DNA of 62,918 nucleotides, counting the filler, from Octopus bimaculoides (taxonomy: Eukaryota), in NCBI RefSeq assembly GCF_001194135.2. It is 6 parts of 5 records of this genome, joined end to end, with 100 filler letters (N's around TTAATTAATTAA, not from the genome) between each part and the next. Parts side by side here need not be neighbours in the genome. Positions count along the whole stretch, not along the records: positions 57,243 to 62,918 come from NC_068983.1; 5 more parts are not named here. One strand, written 5' to 3'. Shown piece after piece: positions 59,600 to 62,918 of this stretch. The translations under genes were made by a program, and so were the position numbers. Under the pieces are notes generated by a model that made no database searches, was not told the origin of the DNA, and worked only from the letters and a program-made list of their open reading frames with translations. Within the stretch, counting starts at the first letter, position 1. Every line of letters begins with the position of its first letter.

Positions 59600-60553
59600 C
59601 AGGGTTTGGACAAAATAATGGAAACACCTTAAAATTTCAAACAAATATATTTTAATATGGGGTAGGAATGACTTTGGCAATAATTACAGCTTGAATTCTG
59701 AGAGGTATGGACTTGTACGAAGTTTGAATTGTCTCCAAAGGATTTTTTGTCCATTCTTCAGCTGAAAAAGTCTCCAGTTCTTGNNNNNNNNNNNNNNNNN
59801 NNNNNNNNNNNNNNNNNNNNNNNNNNNNNNNNNNNNNNNNNNNNNNNNNNNNNNNNNNNNNNNNNNNNNNNNNNNNNNNNNNNNNNNNNNNNNNNNNNNN
59901 NNNNNNNNNNNNNNNNNNNNNNNNNNNNNNNNNNNNNNNNNNNNNNNNNNNNNNNNNNNNNNNNNNNNNNNNNNNNNNNNNNNNNNNNNNNNNNNNNNNN
60001 NNNNNNNNNNNNNNNNNNNNNNNNNNNNNNNNNNNNNNNNNNNNNNNNNNNNNNNNNNNNNNNNNNNNNNNNNNNNNNNNNNNNNNNNNNNNNNNNNNNN
60101 NNNNNNNNNNNNNNNNNNNNNNNNNNNNNNNNNNNNNNNNNNNNNNNNNNNNNNNNNNNNNNNNNNNNNNNNNNNNNNNNNNNNNNNNNNNNNNNNNTTT
60201 TGCTCCACTCTAAATGCTTTGCAACGTTTGTTTTTGAAAGTAGTGGTTTTCTGATTGCAGCCCTCCCGTGCACCGGCTTTGTGCACCTCCCGGCGAACAA
60301 TTTTTGTGGAAATTCGAGGTGGTCATTAAGCTCTGCAGTAATTTTGGGAGCTGCACTTTGTGATCCTTTCTATCAGTTCGCGTAAAAGTCCGATGGTCCC
60401 TATCTGAAAGTTTTGGTTTTCTTCCAGAGTTTTGTTTCGACGAGGAAGTTTTTCCCTCTTTCTCAAAGGCAGTCATTATTTTCGAAACAGTACTTCTTGA
60501 TAACCAAACATTTCGTCTGTTTTCGTTAAGTTAGCACCTGCCATACGAGCACT
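59600..60553 (-). mobile_element. Tc1-like transposon, 5'-truncated and gapped
   Basis: One TIR TA-CAGGGTTTGGACAAAATAATGGAAACACC at 59600. Transposase pieces ARMAG...SRSTVSKIMTAFEKEGKTSSSKQNSGRKPKLSDRD...GRAAIRKPLLSKTNVAKHLEW, and C-terminal EEWTKIPLETI-like sequence. Confidence 0.88.
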
Positions 60554-62918
60554 TGGGAAAGACATTCAAAGATGGTTCATATGAGGCATTCGATAGGTGC
60601 CATAGCCCATTCGAGTAGAGAGTCATTTTCTGCAGCGATATATCTGGTGGGTAACTGAATTATCTGGAATTCGTTGGAGATATTCGTCCAGGAACCACCG
60701 TTTAAATATTAGGGATACTTTTTCTTCTTTTATGTGTCTTGCTATGATGGCCGTTTGAGGTGAAATAGTTCTGTGTTAGTGGTGTGATGTGACGCGAACA
60801 TTACTTTTGTAGAGGGCGGAAAACAAAGGATGCCAAGTTTAATTGTACATTGCTGTTAGAATATTTGCCATATCATACGAATAATATAGCGCTTACAGCA
60901 ACCTTGGAGGGAATAAATATTGAGTTTCTCGAGACGATACCATGTTGTTTTGTGTGTATATATTTACGTATATTCATATTATAAATGTCTAAATATATAT
61001 GTATTATGTTAGGTGTATTCATTAAACACTTATGTGTATATGAGAATGAGGTTGCGTACACATAAACATATATATATACATGTGTGTGTGTGTGGATATG
61101 TGTGTGTGTGAATATGTGTGTATGTATGAGTACGTACATACACAGATATGTTTGTGTATGTATGTGCATGTACGTATATATGTTTGCGTGAATATGTACA
61201 TATGTAGACGTTGTGAACGTAGGAGTTTTATGTCTATGTATTGTGAGAATATGGTTGTGTGTATTTTTCATCTTTGTTCTTCGTTTCTTTTTCTAACTTT
61301 TATAACTTCCCTTTTATTCAGCGGTTTTTCATAGCATCTCTTACCATTAAAACCCAACGAGAATGCATCGTAGCCCTTAACTCTAACATTTGAGCTGTTA
61401 TAAAGGTAGCATGTCATGCGTCCAGCGAGAAGTCCCGATCTCATTGTTAACATAAGCTAGGTTTCCTACTCTGATATTGAAAAGTGACACTTAGCTTATT
61501 TTGGCGATGGGAGCGACATATGACATCATGCACATAATTACATATGGATATGGTTATCACGTGTATATATATATATATATATATACATATATGTCTTCGA
61601 AACGTCTAGATAGAATAGAGACAGCTGATGAAGGGATATTCCAAGTGGCTTTCCGTTTTCCTATGTGTTCGTTCCGTTGTCTGTAGTTTACTGTTCTAAC
61701 GTCCTGTACCCTGATATGCATGTATATACACATGTAGATGTAAGTATGTACATATATGTGTGTATACATGTATATNNNNNNNNNNNNNNNNNNNNNNNNN
61801 NNNNNNNNNNNNNNNNNNNNNNNNNNNNNNNNNNNNNNNNNNNNNNNNNNNNNNNNNNNNNNNNNNNNNNNNNNNNNNNNNNNNNNNNNNNNNNNNNNNN
61901 NNNNNNNNNNNNNNNNNNNNNNNNNNNNNNNNNNNNNNNNNNNNNNNNNNNNNNNNNNNNNNNNNNNNNNNNNNNNNNNNNNNNNNNNNNNNNNNNNNNN
62001 NNNNNNNNNNNNNNNNNNNNNNNNNNNNNGCAGATACAATTAATGGATAACACTTGATTTACATAAGTTATCATTTACTAATTAACTACAAAAGACAGAA
62101 TGAGCAATTTAGTAAAGTCGAAAGATAAAGTGAAAAAGTAAGAAAAATAATTAAAAATACCGGTAGTTATAGGACTCTGCTCTTTAGCCACAGGAAAACA
62201 GCTTTTCTAGCAACAAAGGCAGTATTCATACCGAGAGGTAATATTTATCTCCGCTTAAAGGGCGATGTTCTCTTAGAACAAACAGTACTACAGTAATCAC
62301 CGTGAGAGAAAATCTAGGTGCAAAATGCACTCTAGTTTATAATGCTAGCGGGGGAGATAAATCCCCGCTACCTCCAGTGTTAAGACCACCAGATCACGCG
62401 ATTTCAATTATAGTCTTGTCAATGATGGTTACTCAACCATTAATGACAGCAAGGATTCATCTCCCCGCTAACGATATAAACAAGAGTGTATTTTACACCG
62501 AAAAAAGCAAAGAATACGAGATTTCTCTCATGGTAACTACCACCGTATATTTTTTTTTCTAATATAGTATCTACGTTTAAATGGTTATAAATTTTAGCTC
62601 ACGGTATTTTCAAAAATCATGAATTCTCCAGTGACGATATACTGTTATTGTCTGGAGAATGAGGACGTCCATATGGAGAAGAATTCTATAAGAAAAAGAA
62701 AGAGAATGTATTTTAATTCTGGAATAAGGACTTAATTTCTAAGAAGTACGGTTAGCAGAGAAAGACATGAGAGATCTCAGTAATCAAAGGAGTAGAAATT
62801 ATAGAATGATCGGTTGAATAATCGTTTCAGTACTATTCTACATATATGTGTGTGTGTGTGTGTGTGTGTCTGTATACATGTGTATGTGTTTGTGTATACA
62901 TTTGTATATATATATATA

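Noticed and set aside
60555-60720. CR1 3' fragment on the minus strand (FKRWFLDEYLQRIPD)
   Set aside because: A single short resemblance without the UTR seen in the other two CR1 copies; not supported enough to list as a feature.
13954-62074. Long ORFs of 130-360 aa in the ORF track
   Set aside because: They consist of X from N-gaps plus (TA)/(CA) repeats and are not coding evidence.

Overview
AT-rich, microsatellite-dense animal genomic DNA from a gapped short-read scaffold. The SINE families and repeat landscape look like coleoid cephalopod (Octopus) DNA, but this is recognition from memory, not a database result. No intact multi-exon host gene can be supported. Almost every ORF in the six-frame track is a microsatellite, N-gap or transposon artefact. 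The window is a transposon graveyard: one full-length dead mariner with TIRs and a TA TSD, a two-headed mariner derivative, a Tc1 remnant, a fossil MULE (FLYWCH + DDE), a hAT MITE, DINE-1/HINE-like elements, CR1 and RTE LINE pieces, at least seven R4/Dong-type LINE fragments, Penelope-like GIY-YIG fragments and tails, a Gypsy LTR with a tRNA-Trp PBS, and about 20 SINE copies. The one host-derived sequence is an intronless, 5'-truncated copy of mitochondrial ATP synthase subunit e lying between two (ATT)n arrays. Leads most worth following: (1) that retrocopy, whose ORF is open and in frame with an upstream ATG plus poly-Ile; (2) Penelope-associated minimal hammerhead-ribozyme-like motifs, one with a non-canonical CUGUUGA core and one split by an insertion; (3) R4/Dong fragments whose junctions repeatedly sit in (TAA)n arrays; (4) two young 0.6-0.8 kb fold-back palindromes and further inverted duplications. 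Five TTAATTAATTAA motifs centred in 100-bp N blocks are assembly linkers, not biology.
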